Source: Ascidiella aspersa (Eukaryota). From it: a DNA stretch of 64,000 nt. Shown one piece after another: positions 24,527 through 38,570 of the stretch. Under the pieces are notes generated by a model, which saw only the letters and a program-made list of their open reading frames with translations, was not told the DNA's origin and made no database searches. The position numbers and the translations under genes are program-made. How positions within the stretch are numbered: position 1 is the first letter of the stretch; each line of letters opens with the position of its first letter. The stretch is from NCBI GenBank assembly GCA_963924565.1, contig OZ004608.1:9672001-9736000 (forward strand), in the 5' to 3' direction.

Positions 24527-27500
24527 ATGAGTGTATTACGTGAAGAAGTACTGATAAAAAGCCTAAAAAATGTTAGCCTACAACGATTGCGGTATCTTAA
24601 GATGGACATGGACAGACTGGCCACGGATTCACGCATTCAAGATGAAAACTCGTTTTGGTCGGCGTTGGAATTTCACGAAATTAAGTAGGATGTAGATTAT
24701 TACTTCTCAAGTGTTGCATGCGCTGCGTAAACTCAAGTATTTACTGCTGGTAACAAGATTGTATATGAGTTTCAATATTCTAAACAAACGTTAAAATAAC
24801 GTGATCGGGTGACACTATACGGTACATAAAGACAAATTGTTTTAAATTCTCGTCAAGCTTTCGCACAACCGTGTTCACTGATAAAGTATGGTTGTGCGAC
24901 AGCTTGTCAAGAATTGAATGCCATTTTTTTTTTGTAGTGCCACCCGATTAACCTATTCACGATTTAACAAATTCGTAAATTTACAAAAATTGAAATAAAG
25001 ATCAAACTTTATGTGGTGTATGTGTAATATTAGATTATTACTTTGTGTTGATTGGTAATTATTAAGAAGCTTTTAAAACACCCGAAAACACCATTGTTAT
25101 GTATTGTTAACAATTAGGGACTGGTTAACACTCTAAAAAAACTTTTAAGCCTTGATGAGCGAACCAGAAGGGAGTTCGGCCAAATTATCATCGATAATCG
25201 TGGAGTGAACATTGAAATTGCACTCCGCCACTTGAAGAAGGCGCAAAGACAAACAGGTGAGTCTGACTCTTTTGATAAATGCATTTTTAAATTATTTTGA
25301 ATTGAAACTGTTTATTTGTAGGACGAGACAGTGTTGAAGTGCTACCAAAGGAACCAGAGAAACCAGCAATAACAACCGATAAAAAGTTTGTGTTACAGCT
25401 ATATTTTACAAAATTGCAAAACGCTTACGAAGCAATTAGGCCTATCTAGGCCTATAGATTAACAACGATACAGTAACAAAGTTTGTTTGGTGAATTTGCT
25501 GAAAAAAATCAGGAAAACGTAATGTTTAGATTGTCACCACCTCCTACCACAATAACTGAGTTCAAACCGCCTACACCAACTGGAAAACGCAACTACAAAC
25601 TAGACAAACTTCGAACGAAAGCCTTGGGGATCGGAAAGCTTAGAGTGGCATTTAGAAAAAGTGGCGGAACAGCACCAGACCAACCTCTGAAAGCAACCGG
25701 TGACGGACAGCTGGAGTCGGCAACCTCAAGTGAAAAAACGAAGAAAAACGTAGAAAATTCACCGAAACAAGGTACGCCCCGTCACTCTACAGCTGTTACA
25801 AGTTTAACTCCAAAAGAAGTTAAGGGTCAAGTTTTAGTTTTAAGTCAGTCAACCTAATTTTAAATATAACTCACAGGTTAATTTGGTAAATTTTCCTGAA
25901 TTCGTACTTACAAGTCTTTAAATTAGTGGAACTTACTATAGCTTCAATGTTATTTTTCAGAGCCAAATCAAGTTCAAACTGACGAAAATCGCCCGACGAA
26001 GCCAAGCACAGAAGAACAGCCTCCTTTTCTTAAAATATTACTGCAACAGCCATCGTCCTCGGACCAAAATTCGACTTCAGACGAAAAGCAACAACCTTCA
26101 CAAGAACAAAAGGACAACGAAGGCAAAGCAGAGTCGCCAACACTGGACATGAACAAGGATGAAGGTGGTGAGAAGGGTGATAAAAGGGATGAAAAGAGGC
26201 CTCCTTTGGACGAAAGCGAACTGAATCGAATTACGGCAAAATACACTGAAAAGACGCAAAATCAAACGGAAGACAGTTCCAAGGAGAAGGAGAATAACAA
26301 AGATGAGCTTCCCATCACCAACGATAATGGAGAGGCGACCGTTGGAAGTGATCAAGATAGTAAAATCAAAAGCAAAGTGTTAGAAGACCTACCTACCCCT
26401 GAAGTCAGAAAAGAGGCTGAAACAAAAGAAGACCCAGAAAAACAAACTGGATTGGATGAATTGCCAGCCGAAAGCAAAGAGTCAATCGGACAAGAAACCG
26501 ACCCAGTTCAAATGACAAAAGCTCAGGAAGACCTGCCATCTGACACTGATGAACAATCGGCAGATGCACAAGAACATTTGTCAGACGATGCGCAAAAACC
26601 CGATGACGCGCACAACCCCAGCTCAGCCAAAATAGATGACGTCACGACCGAATTTGTAAACAGGCAAAAATTGATTTCAGAAAAAGATCTGCAGAGCGAT
26701 CTCACGTCAGACGAAACTAATCCAGAACCAATAGAAAATGGCGATCCAAATCACAACACTCCTGCGAGTGAATCACTAGACGACAATACCGCTGATTCTC
26801 AAAACGCAGAACCTAACCTCGATAAACAGAATGACGTCACACCCAGCAATGGCAATGCTACGGAAGGCGGTTCGGAAGGAATCGACGCAGGACCCAGTCC
26901 TGGAAGCGAGACTGAAGAGCCCGACGATAAAGACTTGGCCGCGGAGAAAGACGGACTGAAGTTGAAAGCTAACTTTGATCAAGAGTGCGAGAGTGCAGAG
27001 AGTTCGCCGCGAGGAAAAAACCGTGATCCGGAGAAACAAAAAAACGAATCAACAAAAAAACAGAAAAAGCGAAAACGCGAAAAGAAAAAGGGCCCTGTCG
27101 CACCAGAGACGCAAAGTAACAAAAACGAACAAATCCCTGCTAAGAAGGAAGAAAGTATTCCGGAAAAGAATGAGGAAGACCAACCTCTGATTCCTGACAA
27201 CAGCTCTTTGACTGGTGAGTCCTCTGGTGACGAAGCGGGCGACTTTTTCGGCCCAAGCGTTGTCAGATCTGTTAAAGTCCACGTCGGAACTACCGAGGTG
27301 GAGTTGTTTGATACCAGCGATGTTGGTCTACAAAATTTTCCCGCTCCGGTCGATATGAGTCAAGTCGACCTATCCATCGAATGGGTGTAAGTTGGAATTA
27401 TTTTTAAAACGTGATCTATCGAAAAAGCGCGCTATTCGAAAAATACAGCACTTTTGTAAGACATTTATAGAGAAATGTATTTCGACTAGAATGGCATTTA

Positions 27501-30500
27501 TCGGTTATTCGTCGCCATGGCCATATTTATTTATTTAAACGAATTGATGTTATTTGTTAGAAATTCATTTTTTTCGATAAACATTGCCAACTTTGGTATT
27601 TTTCAAAAGCAAGCTATTAACAAAAACAATGTGATAAACCAACGCTTCGGTAGCATTTTGTAACATGGCTAAAGGTAATAGTTAAAACAATATATAAAAA
27701 CCATCAAAAACTTGTGTTTAAATATTAAAAATGTTTCAATGCTATATATTTTTAAATATTTCTGACCGTATCGAACATAGAGAAAGCATGAAATCAAAAA
27801 AGGAATATTAAACATATAACATTTTGTCGTGTAGTTACGGGTGCAACACGAAACTCTCACAATGCATGATCTCGAACGCGAATGGAGAACTAATTTACTT
27901 CTCCGGCCGAATCGTGATTATTTACAACCACCTTCGCAAGACGCAGAGACATTACATGGAACACAGCGGCATAGTTACAAGGTTAGTATAAGCATAATTT
28001 TTTACGCACGTATGACCTTTTTGCCAAACCGCTAGTATTTTGCTACTTGCTTAACGAGCCAAATTTGTGCGCTTGCTTTCAGGGCTACAAATTCGGACTC
28101 GGGACTCGAGTAAGGCCACGTTAAAATACCCGAGTCCAGAGTCCGACGTGTGCATGTGCAGTACCAAATTTTGAAACTGAAACGGCCGCCAACTGTAAAT
28201 TGTAAAGACGGAATAGCATATGGTAGATATTGTTCAACCATGTATTGCGAATGAATGAGTTATACCACACCCCTATGAGTGGATTGCTCAATATTCACCG
28301 TATCGTAAATTGGTGGATACAGTCTGTAGAGTCTGAGCCGAACTCAGAACTAAATTACACATTTGGCCGAAGTCGAACTCGGGACTCGGAAGTTTTATTT
28401 GTGTTTATTTTTGGGGGGGCTGAAGTCGAACTCGAGTTATTTTTAACCGACTCCGCAGCCCCAGGCCTACTTTTTTTAATAAGCCAAATAGTGTATATTA
28501 GTGTTTAACTTCAACTCTGAAATTATAATAGATTTTCTTACTGAACCAGCAAAGTCACGTCACGTTGATTAAGCTGTACTCACATTTAACTATGCTCATC
28601 CAACGACTGGTAATCTGCAACATCCTTAATTTCTTGATTTCGCTTTTGCACCCGCAACCAGCTGTTTCGTTATAAAGTAATTTACCTTCTATGATAAGAC
28701 AACTCAATAAGAAACAACCATAAAATAGCGTCTCCCGTTTAATTCCTTAAATACTGTTAAAACGTACAACCAACTTTTTCAGCATCGCCTGTCACCCGAC
28801 CGAACCGCGAATTGCGTCTGCCCAGCTGTCCAGCCCTGTCCAGGTAGCCCCTTGTGACGAAACGTCGTCCCAGGTCGGCTTCGGCCAGGTCCACGTCCGG
28901 ATCTGGAACTCGGAATCCTTGGAAACCATCACGGTGCTGGGCCTGGGTTTGCTTAGATGCCCGGTGCTGAAAATGCAGTTCTTGGATTTCCAGGTTAGAG
29001 AGTACGGCGGGAACGTTAACTTACCCTTCTACGCATAAACAATTATTTGGTAACTACAGCCGTGTTAGAGTTTGAAAAAAGGCTTAGACCTCACTGTTTC
29101 GAGTTAGTTATGACGAGGTTTTAGAGGTTAGATTAAAGTTATAGGCCAAATCCTAGTTTTAGTGTTGTAAAATCTTGTACATATATTTCTAAACTTGATT
29201 CAGGCCTATAAATAAGTGGCGAGGCAAGTGAAATAATATATTTTAATTATGGTAATCAATTTCTTCCAAAAGCAATATAACAGAGAAGAACAAATTACCA
29301 AACAACATTACGATTTTTATATTATAGCTCATTGTGAAATGGAGATTACCAACAAAATAGATTGTGTTAAATTACTATTCAACATCTCTCTTTAAAAAAG
29401 CAATTTCTCATTAAGGCTCTCTGAGGTTGTTTCGTCGGGTCCTTACCCTAAAACTTTTTATTGACGACTGACTAATGTCTTATTGATCACTGACTTTCTC
29501 AGGATCACTTTGTCACGCTGGAGAATGACGACAATTGCACGATGACCTTGTGGCGCGGCGGTTGCAAGGTCACGAGCAGAACAACGGCTCTGGAAACAAA
29601 GATTCCAGAAGCCTCCATGGTCAAGTCGAATACCAACAAGAACGAACTAAAAAGGCCAAAAACAAGCGGAAAACGGGTGACGGATGCGAAGAAACACCAG
29701 GAAAAGAAGCAGCCAGGTTTCCGTCAGCTTTACAAATTCATATATGTTTATTTTTATGAAATCGTGACTCTGGTCTATAAACCTACAACAACGAACATTA
29801 TTTGGGTTAGAGTGAAGAGTAACGTTTGGGTTTGGGTAGGTTAAGCAATATTATTAAATATTAATACTTGACCAACCCTCACCCAAACACTAACAGACAC
29901 CACAACCCAAATATTGTGCGTTGCTTTAATAATTGATTCAACGCTGTGGTAGGATTCTACACCAGCGCCGAAATCATTGACACCAACCAAGAAATTAAAC
30001 TCACAAATCCTGATGAGCATCTAGTTTAACGGTTCGCAATTATGTACTCTGTACCTCTACGTCTATATCCACCTAACCAAAACATCGTTTTCTGTGTTGT
30101 AACAATTTAAACAGTATCTTGCATGAAGTGCACTTCACTTTTTTTTTTGATTGGACACCTTTTCGGACAAATTGACCAAATTAACGTATTTCTATAATAG
30201 AAAATAATACAAATTAACGTATTTTCATTTTCTATATAGCCTACAGCGGACTGGACTTAGATTAGAATATTGTTAAAATATATACACATTTCCCCCATTT
30301 TGAACACGTTTACTTGGTTAAAATATATTTCGTTTTTTCTGTTTGCCCTACAAAGATTTAGTTTCCAATTTCGAAATTTTAATGTTGTTTTGTTTTAAGC
30401 TCTTTGGCTTGTCATGGTATTGACTAGGAAACAAGTTTGATGGAAAACTATAGTATACTTACTGGTAACCTGCTATTTGTTGAAAACGATTTGACTTGTG

Positions 30501-33500
30501 GATTTAAATTATTTTGCAAACATTATGAAGTTTACTAGGCCATTAAAAAGTAATAGGGGTTTAACCCTGACTGCAATACAATAAAGCTGTAAAGCTCAGC
30601 GTGAACCCAAACGGACCGAGGTGCGTTGGGGCGATTAACACGGGCGAGGGGCAGTTCGTGACGGCCGGTAAACTTCAGCTGCAGCTCTGGCGTCTCTTGG
30701 ACGAGTACGACGACGAATACGTGCAAGGGGAAGGAGAGGGCACTCAACTGTCGCTCCCCGTTACGTAAGAAAAACTCGCTTTAGATGATTTTGCGTAGAT
30801 TTAAGGTGTAAACTATAATTTCAGACGTAAAAAAGTTTTTTTAAGTTAAGGTGTAGAAATATACAAATATAAAATGGAAGGCTATAAATGTTATCAAGAT
30901 GCATTTTCAAAAAGAAATCGCAAATTTTTAATTTAATATTCCACTTGAGTTTTTATTTTTTTTGTTTTAACTTGTTTCCCCCTTTGCAAATTGATTAAAA
31001 GGAATGTAACTTTCGATTGATAACTGGTCAAACGGTTAATCCAAAACAGCACGCGTTTTCAATGAGATGCTTTTTCAAGTCATTAACAAGGTCGAATCGA
31101 CTTAGGTAAGGATATACTTATCTTTGTTTGAAATAACATTGGTGAATAGAGTCGTATACATTTAAAGTCCCAATATAATTTATTACCCAAATTAGGGGTT
31201 ACCAAAATACAGCAAGGGTAATTCTACCGGTCAGCGGCAAATTTTCTTAATTAAGTTGAACTGTTAAATTTAGGATACAACTTCAAACTAATTTAGAAAT
31301 TATAAACTCAACAACAATTTATTACTATAATTTTTTTTAAGTTTTTTGCAAAGGTTTTTTGTTATTTCCTTTGTTTAAGGATAATCAAGTTAAAAACGCT
31401 TCACGCCAAAAAATTTAACTTGCCTGCGATCGCCAATCCTTACAGTCCAGCCATATATATAAAAAAAAAACAGTTTGGTGACTTTGGTGACCCCTGACCT
31501 AAACTAATGAGTAAAGCTGTAAATTAGCTCTTCGATATTCGCACTGACTAACGATAACGCATGCAGCATACATGATGGGTCGGTCTAGCACAGGGGTTCT
31601 TAAACTTTTTTCTCCGCGGACCCCTATATTGTTTTTTGCTTCGCGTGGACCACGGTAAGCAAGAAATTAAAAAAAAATGACGTCATAAATTGACGTCTTA
31701 ATACAAATAGACTGTAGAAATCTGCAGTTTTCAGTCCACAAAATGTGAAAAGGAGAATAGAAATAGAGACATTCAATGCAAAAACGTTTCAATTTTAATT
31801 AAATTATTTCCTTAGAAAAATTGATTACTTCCTAATTATACACCAATATTTTAATTTGTCCTTCACGGACCCCCTAAAACTAGTTCACGGACCGCTAAGG
31901 GGTCCATGGACCCCAGTTTAAGAACCCCTGGTCTAGCAGGATTGCTAGGCAAGGTTGCAACTCAAAAAACAGTAAGATTCAACTCACGGTGTCTTTTAAA
32001 CTTTTGAGAGTTTGACCAATATTAAGGTAGCCAACTTAAATACTACTGTAGGCCAGATAATGGTCTAGCCTTTTTGTATATCCCTGGCTGATTTCGGGCA
32101 CGCGATGACTTAGGCATCTTTAAATTGATTTCTAGAGGCGACGTCGGCAAGCAATTCTTCAAAGCCGAGTTCTTCTCGTGCTCTTACTCAACGAACCACT
32201 TTAGCGACGGATCCCTGCTCACAGGCGACTCTAACGGGACTCTGCTCCTCTGGTCGGAAGAAAGCAAGACGCCGACTCGCGGTTTTGCGCATGCTCACGA
32301 GTGCCATCTGTCGGCGGTTTGCGTGAACGATGACGGTAAGTCTTGTCATTAAAGTTTTTACTGAAGTTTTTGGCGTTTGATATACGACACTAAAAATGAA
32401 AGGAAGCCGCACCGTTTAAAGTAAATTAGGGAAGCGAGGCGTCGCAATACGTTATCGAAATCTTTATTTATTTTAGCTAATTTAAAAAAGGAGTTGAAAA
32501 ATAACGAAACTTTTTCATTTTATACGAATCTTTAAAGCGGGTTGTCTTATATTTATACACGTGCACCGAAACTGAGACTCTTAAGCTTGTGAATAAGTGA
32601 CAAAAATTGCATAGCTCTTGTTGGATGATCTTTGCTGTCATAGCCGGAACGACAATCTCGTTATTGCTTTAAACACGATTGCTCATAGACTCAACCTACT
32701 GTCTTCGACCGCAGTTTAACCCGTAAACCTTACTACCAGGCATTATCTTCACCTCGGGTTCACGTGACCGCACTGTGAAGGCGTTCGCTTGTCGCAAGTC
32801 CAAGTTGGAGTGTTGCGGACAGGTCAAGCTGCCACCGGGCTTCGGTTCCGCCACTTGCCTGGCCACTGTGTCCAAAACGCTCTTCGTGGCCACAGACAGC
32901 AACGCCATCCTTGCAATAGGAGTCGGCCTTGACCAGCAGGAGGCCAGTTACGGCGCTGGGCAGGGACTTAAGATGATGCATAAACGATCTCAGTCCACCC
33001 ACTCGTTGAAGAACAAGGTTTCCGATTTCAAACCGCCTCAAGAGGAGCAGCAGCCGGAAAGGAGGTCCTCCCTGTTCTCCTCCTGGGAGGAGGCGGAGGT
33101 TGCGAGGAGCGTGGGAAAGAAGGAGAGCGTGGTCGCCAAAATTGATGCAATGACATCGAAGAAGCGAAAAATGAGAGGTGGGGATGTTTTTTTTTTGTAC
33201 GGTAGTAAACCGAAAGCCATCGCAGACTCACCGAATCTGTCGATCAATCAAGCAAGCTAGAAAAACAACAAGCCTGCAGTGAGGTTCGAACTCACGAACT
33301 CCGGTATTTATATGGTAGTTGCATATTTAACAGTTAGAATTAAGCTTCCTTCGCTGGTGAGGTGGCATTATAAATCAGGTGAAAAATGTCGATTAAAACC
33401 ATGGGGCTCTAATATTGAAAGGTTGTCATGACAAAGATTTATCGCGGTGGAATTAAAAGTAAGCTATTGTATGTTATTTTTACCACATTTATAGGGACGC

Positions 33501-36500
33501 AGAATCTTCGCGCTTACCACGAGTCGCTGTCGAAAGCCCAAGAAGACGCAGAGGTGAAGACGCCCATGAGACATCTCGCCAAAAGTGCTGGGTATGTCAA
33601 AATTTAATTGTGATGCGTATAAGCCAGTGGTTCTCAACCGGGGTGCCGCGGCACTCTAGGGTGCCACTTTGTAACGTTCATGGGTGCCAAGAGATATTTC
33701 AATTCTTTACAATTTCAATTTTTGCTTTATTGGTAAGCTTCTTGATACAAAATATTTTTTTTACAAAAGTGCCAAAAATTAAAATGTGCTTTTCAACCTT
33801 GTTGCACAGTTAGTGTGTTGTTTCACACTCGTTTATTGTAACGTTACAGTTAATCACTCAGCAAAAAATAGAAAGGGTGCCGCGAAATATTTATAATTCG
33901 ATATAGGGTGCCGCAAGCCAAATAAGGTTGCGAAACACTGCTATAGGCTTTAATTTTGAATGTTATTGCATAAAAAATTACTATAAAAAACATCGCATGC
34001 TCATGATTTCCCTTAATTTGGCCTACAAAGCTGTTTTAATCTCATACACGTGTTAACATTTCTTAAAATTTCCTAAAAAGATTTTCCACCAGAATGATAC
34101 GAGCCTACAACTCGTGTTAAGTGTAGTTTAATGAAAATAGTAAATTCTTAATGCGATTTTAGACTTAGGAGAAAAGTTTACGACAAATCACCTTCACACG
34201 CGTGGAAAACCCCAGAGGAAATCTTCAACCTTCACGACAGCAGGAATGCGATCACGAGCTATCCGCGGTTGCGTGCTCACGAGAGGATTTTACTAAGGTG
34301 AGGTTACTTTTTTAAGTGACTAAATACCTAATTGACAGTTTTCTTTCGTACAATTTTGTTTTTATGAACATTTTAAGGCTACATGTTAAACAAACTTCAT
34401 TTGTCATTTCAAAATCAATAAGGCACATAAAGTCACCATACCGGCAAAATTCATAAACCATGACAAAAATACATCATTTGATCTTTAATCTTATTGTCAG
34501 CATTGCGTTATTGTACCCTAATGTTTCACCTTGTACCGTGCAAGATGTATATACGAAACATAGAAGAAGCAATTATCATTACAAACAAATTGTAATGCAT
34601 CGCAATTACCCGATTGCGCGCAATAAAATCGCAAATTAATCTCTTAGATTTCCAAATAACAGTTGAAAATAGGAATAACAAATCGCGCAAAAGTAGACAA
34701 AGTTTTTTTCCAGACATCAGCAAACCTTTGTCCGACAATTATTTGCATCTATATTTTTTAAAACGTTTTGATACAATTTGAAGGGAGAAAACCCGCAGTG
34801 AAGAGCCAGCCAAACCAGTTGAGCCGTGCGCGGCTGAAAACACAGTCAAGTGCTTGGATGTGTTTTATAACGAGGACTTGTTGAGTCATGATGAGAGAAG
34901 CATGTTCGTCGCTGCCTCCGACGATGGATGGTTGGTGCTTTATAACGCGAAACACCACTCGTAAGTTAAAGAGTGTAACGTATGACAACGAAAAAATGGG
35001 TTTACACTAACCGTGTCTTTTGATTGCCAAGAATGCTTGTTGGCCTTTGTTCATTAGGTATGCATTTTCAAGTTGGTTTCGAAAAAGTTGCCTAACTCTA
35101 AATAACTTTTCTCTGAAATAATATTCATCTATATAAAGTATGCAAAACTTTACACAGTCAAATTCGTTATTTATAGCACATAGGCGTGCAAGATGTACGA
35201 AACATACAAAGAAATATACAAAGATACAAAGAATCTTTTCTACCCCCAATTAAACCATATTGCATTTTTATCATTCTAATGGTCAGTTTTTCAACCCATG
35301 ATTCCCTGACTTAAGTCGTCGTTAGTTTTGCATAGGTCACCAACTGTAATATTTCACATGGTTATAGATTTATTCAGATTGTTTGAGCAAGATTTATCCA
35401 AATTGAAAAAAAATCGCAATACGAAGATTTTGGCTCATATTAATTAAATTTTAAGCATAATTTTGCTATTGTCTTATTTTTGTTTTGTTCACTTTAGCTT
35501 CAAAAAGTTCAGTGGTCATAATTAGGTCACCCGAGCTTGGAGTGTTTCATTTACGATTAATCTATGGCTCGCCGCGAAAAGGTTTATAAACACCGTACAA
35601 AGTCACACATGGGCATCTGGTACTTCAGCGTGGATATATGTTACGTCACAGAATCGTTGGAAGATGCAAGGTGCCGGAGCTTTCTGGAGTCACGTGTCTC
35701 GACACTTGCGCGCGCCGCGAACTGGTTGCCATCGGAACCGCTGTCGGGAAAGTTACAGTGGCAAGAATAAACAAAAACGCTTTTGAGGTAAGAGAAAAAT
35801 TTATTTCTGAAGTAAAAAAATAAAATTTTATCATTTTAAATACTGTTTTTTTTTTTATTTTGGCTAGCTAACCGAGGTTAAATTTGGAACCCGTGGCTGG
35901 AAAGGGGTGTGATACAGGGGGAGATTAAATATTTAATATTCCAATTATTTGCCAGGTAAAAACTTTATGATTTCGATTTATGTTTGGGGTTTTCATTATA
36001 ACTTTAGAGACCTGCCTTGTAAAAATCTGTGACGCATTTTTTCTGAAATGTGATCATGCCTGTGAAGGGGTCACAACTCACGAGAGGTTAGTATAACCAC
36101 TGTGCAGAGGCTTACATATGTCCCCGGGCGCCAAGGTACAGGGACGCCAAAATGAGGTTTACAAATGCTAAAATGAAGCTTCTCCTTCTATAAATACAAT
36201 GTTCTATTAAAGTTTGAACGCTCTATTAAAGTTTTGAATGAAATTTGGCCCCGTGCGCAAATTTGTCCCTGTGCGCAAAAATAGACTGGATACGCCTCTG
36301 CTATTGTGCTATATAGCTTAATATGTCTAATGTACCAGCTCTTGTTTAGCTCTTCGCTCCAGTGGCGTGCGTTTGTTCAAGAGGAGGAAACTCCAGAATC
36401 AACCAGATCCGCTTTTCTCCTGACGGATGCAAGCTCGCCGTGTCGGTCGGTTATGACATCATAATATACGGCGACATCGGCCGAGATCAAGTTGTTGAGT

Positions 36501-38570
36501 TGGGAAGGTGAGGGACGTTGCAAAGAGAGTTGATTTGTTAAGTGTTTGTCGCTAAAGATGTTTAACCGCATGCTTGATTCACTTTTTGTTGCAGATGTTC
36601 TGATGCTGGCCACACATCGCAGTTCATCACGGGATTGGATTGGTCAACCAAGAAATTCCGTGGGGCCTATTTTCTGCGCACATCCAGCATAAAACAAGGT
36701 ATATAAATCAGCGAGTGGAACAGTTTGAGTTTTCCGGTTCAGGTTCTGTTCGGGTTCAAGGATGTTTTTTAAATCCGGTTCGGTTTTGGTTTCGGTTCGG
36801 AGGAATTTAAAAGTTCCGGTGCAGTTTGGTTCGAGTAAATTATTTTCAACAGATAATCAAGTATACTTTTTTATAAAATTTTGAACGTGACATAACTTGA
36901 ATCTGTAAAATGCAAGTTGTGACGTCATGCTGGGGTGAACCGTTTTTTGGCAGGTTCAGGTTCTTTCAAATTATTCAGTACAGTTCCAGGTCGACTCCAG
37001 AAAAAATGGCTGAAAACCGGTTTGTTAAGTTTCAGTTCGGGTTAGGTTCGATTCCCTGATATAAATATTTAGTTACAGTGACGACTTGCTCTAATTGCAT
37101 TTTAAACGTTTAATGTATGATATGCTGTTTAAAGTCTATGTTTACGGAGCTAGCGTAAGCTAGCTTACAACAACTTGGCGGCCTGCTAGTTTCATGCATA
37201 AGTCTTATTTGCTCTTATCCCCAATCTATTTGCCCAGAAATAGAAACATTATTTTGGAATACAAGAACTATGCGAGCGACAAATCCAGAAGATCTTCCGC
37301 TTATTTCTTGGACATCCGCGTCATCTCCTTTCGACTACAGTCTGCAAGGTGTGTCAATTCAGCAAAGTGATTTCAGGCGATTTATTTAGACTTTTGTTGG
37401 CGCTTTACCTTAGTTATATTCGTAGCTTCCAAAACCAATTATGGTAAGTTTCGTTGAATTGATTAAAACATATCAAAATAGACTGACTATTTAATCAAAT
37501 TCATTCAGCTGGACTTCTAAACAGAGAAGTGAACATCCGGTTTACATAAAGCGAAAATTGTTTAAGAGACTAATTTCTTATTTTAAACTTATATCCTACA
37601 AAAATTTGAACCAACCATCGGTATACATAATATGTAAAGTAAGAAAATTCTTCGATGAAAAATTAAAGTAGACCTAGTATATTATATACAGCGTTTGGCA
37701 ATAGTTTTATAGAGCTGCAAACAGTTTGCTTTTCGATTTATCCCAGAATTAAACATCCTCGCATATATTTTGACAGGCCTGTGGTCAGAGTTTGACGAAC
37801 ACTCGTATTCCGCTCACGACCTAAGCGAATTTCCACGAAAACCAGGCATTACCGCAGATCGCGGCAGCAGTGGGCAACTGGTATGGGTTGGCGATGCTGA
37901 TGGAAAGATTACCGCGTTGGCAATACCCGGGTCTAGCATGTCAACAACTTGCACCTACAGGTAAACTGGTATTTTGTCTATAGCTAATTAGGGTTTTTTT
38001 TTACTTTTTCCTTTTAGTTTAATTGACTGTGTGAAAGTAGAATAATTTTCTTACCGTACCGTATCGCATGGAAATTTTCAGAGATGATGTTACGAAGTTA
38101 CATCAAAATAAAACACCTTATCTCTCGAGGTAGTGCACAAACATGCAACACAAAAACCTAGTTCAAACACTTTTAATGCAATCGCGGGCTTGACTGGTTA
38201 AAAAAGACGCGGCCTGGTAGAAGTAGAACATATTTTTTACCGTGAGTAGCCTACCCAAAAAAAAAGCACATACTTGAAATTCATCGTCGTGAGAATATAG
38301 GTCTAATTAAGTCCCGCGGGGCAAGAGAGCTGTTAACGTTTTAAACATTACTATTTTAACAACATTATAGCCTATACGAAAGTTGTTTTTGTGACAAGTC
38401 AGGGAGGTTACTAGTTTTGTACAGCGTGGTGTAATAATCTGCTGCTGTTTTTGCTCAGAGGACACATTTCTCGGATTACGCAACTTCGAAGCACGTCGGA
38501 TAGATTAAGATTTTTAACAGCCGCGGAAAACGACGGGAGTCTGATTCAGTGGAAAGTCGGTCATGCGTAA
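24527..38570 (+). CDS. Divergent echinoderm microtubule-associated protein-like (EML/EMAP; HELP plus WD40 TAPE domain) with long acidic N-terminal region, about 1530 aa
   Basis: Twenty phase-consistent exons: 24527-24684, 25150-25256, 25322-25385, 25530-25771, 25961-27386, 27835-27981, 28783-28993, 29503-29716, 30587-30764, 32136-32335, 32740-33177, 33495-33591, 34163-34297, 34784-34960, 35652-35787, 36350-36507, 36595-36698, 37238-37348, 37777-37960, 38459-38570. EML motifs: LSIEWVYG..GELIYFSGRIVIIYN..TQRHYMEH; VHVRIWNSESLETITVLG; IRFSPDG; GHTSQFITGLDWS; YRGHISRITQL..DGSLIQWKV. The 5' exons are less certain. Confidence 0.8.
24804..24950. mobile_element. Short palindromic MITE
   Basis: Termini atcgggtgacacta / tagtgccacccgat, internal ttcgcacaacc / ggttgtgcga. 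Half copies at about 19741-19820 and 61934-62015. Confidence 0.7.
28080..28463. mobile_element. MITE with internal gactcg/cgagtc hexamer repeats
   Basis: Termini cagggct... / ...gactccgcagccccag; repeated ggactcgg and gagtc motifs. Confidence 0.55.
29766..29969. mobile_element. Foldback MITE (GGCGCTGGTCTAG family)
   Basis: Palindromic; near-perfect 8-bp TSD gaaatcgt/gaaatcat. Confidence 0.8.
31591..31930. mobile_element. hAT-type MITE
   Basis: Perfect TIR caggggttcttaaact / agtttaagaacccctg and perfect 8-bp TSD gtctagca. Confidence 0.9.
33213..33304 (-). mobile_element. 5'-truncated copy of a tRNA-derived SINE
   Basis: Reverse complement matches about 44095-44192, including the B-box gagttcgaacct. 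Confidence 0.75.
33625..33940. mobile_element. hAT-type MITE
   Basis: TIRs cagtggttctcaacc / ggttgcgaaacactg; near-TSD gtataagc/ctataggc. Confidence 0.75.
36105..36300. mobile_element. Short MITE
   Basis: Termini cagaggctta / tacgcctctg; similar 8-bp flanks ccactgtg/ctattgtg. Confidence 0.55.
36709..37058. mobile_element. hAT-type MITE with ggttcr hexamer repeats
   Basis: Perfect 8-bp TSD atataaat; same family as 63508-63627. Confidence 0.8.
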
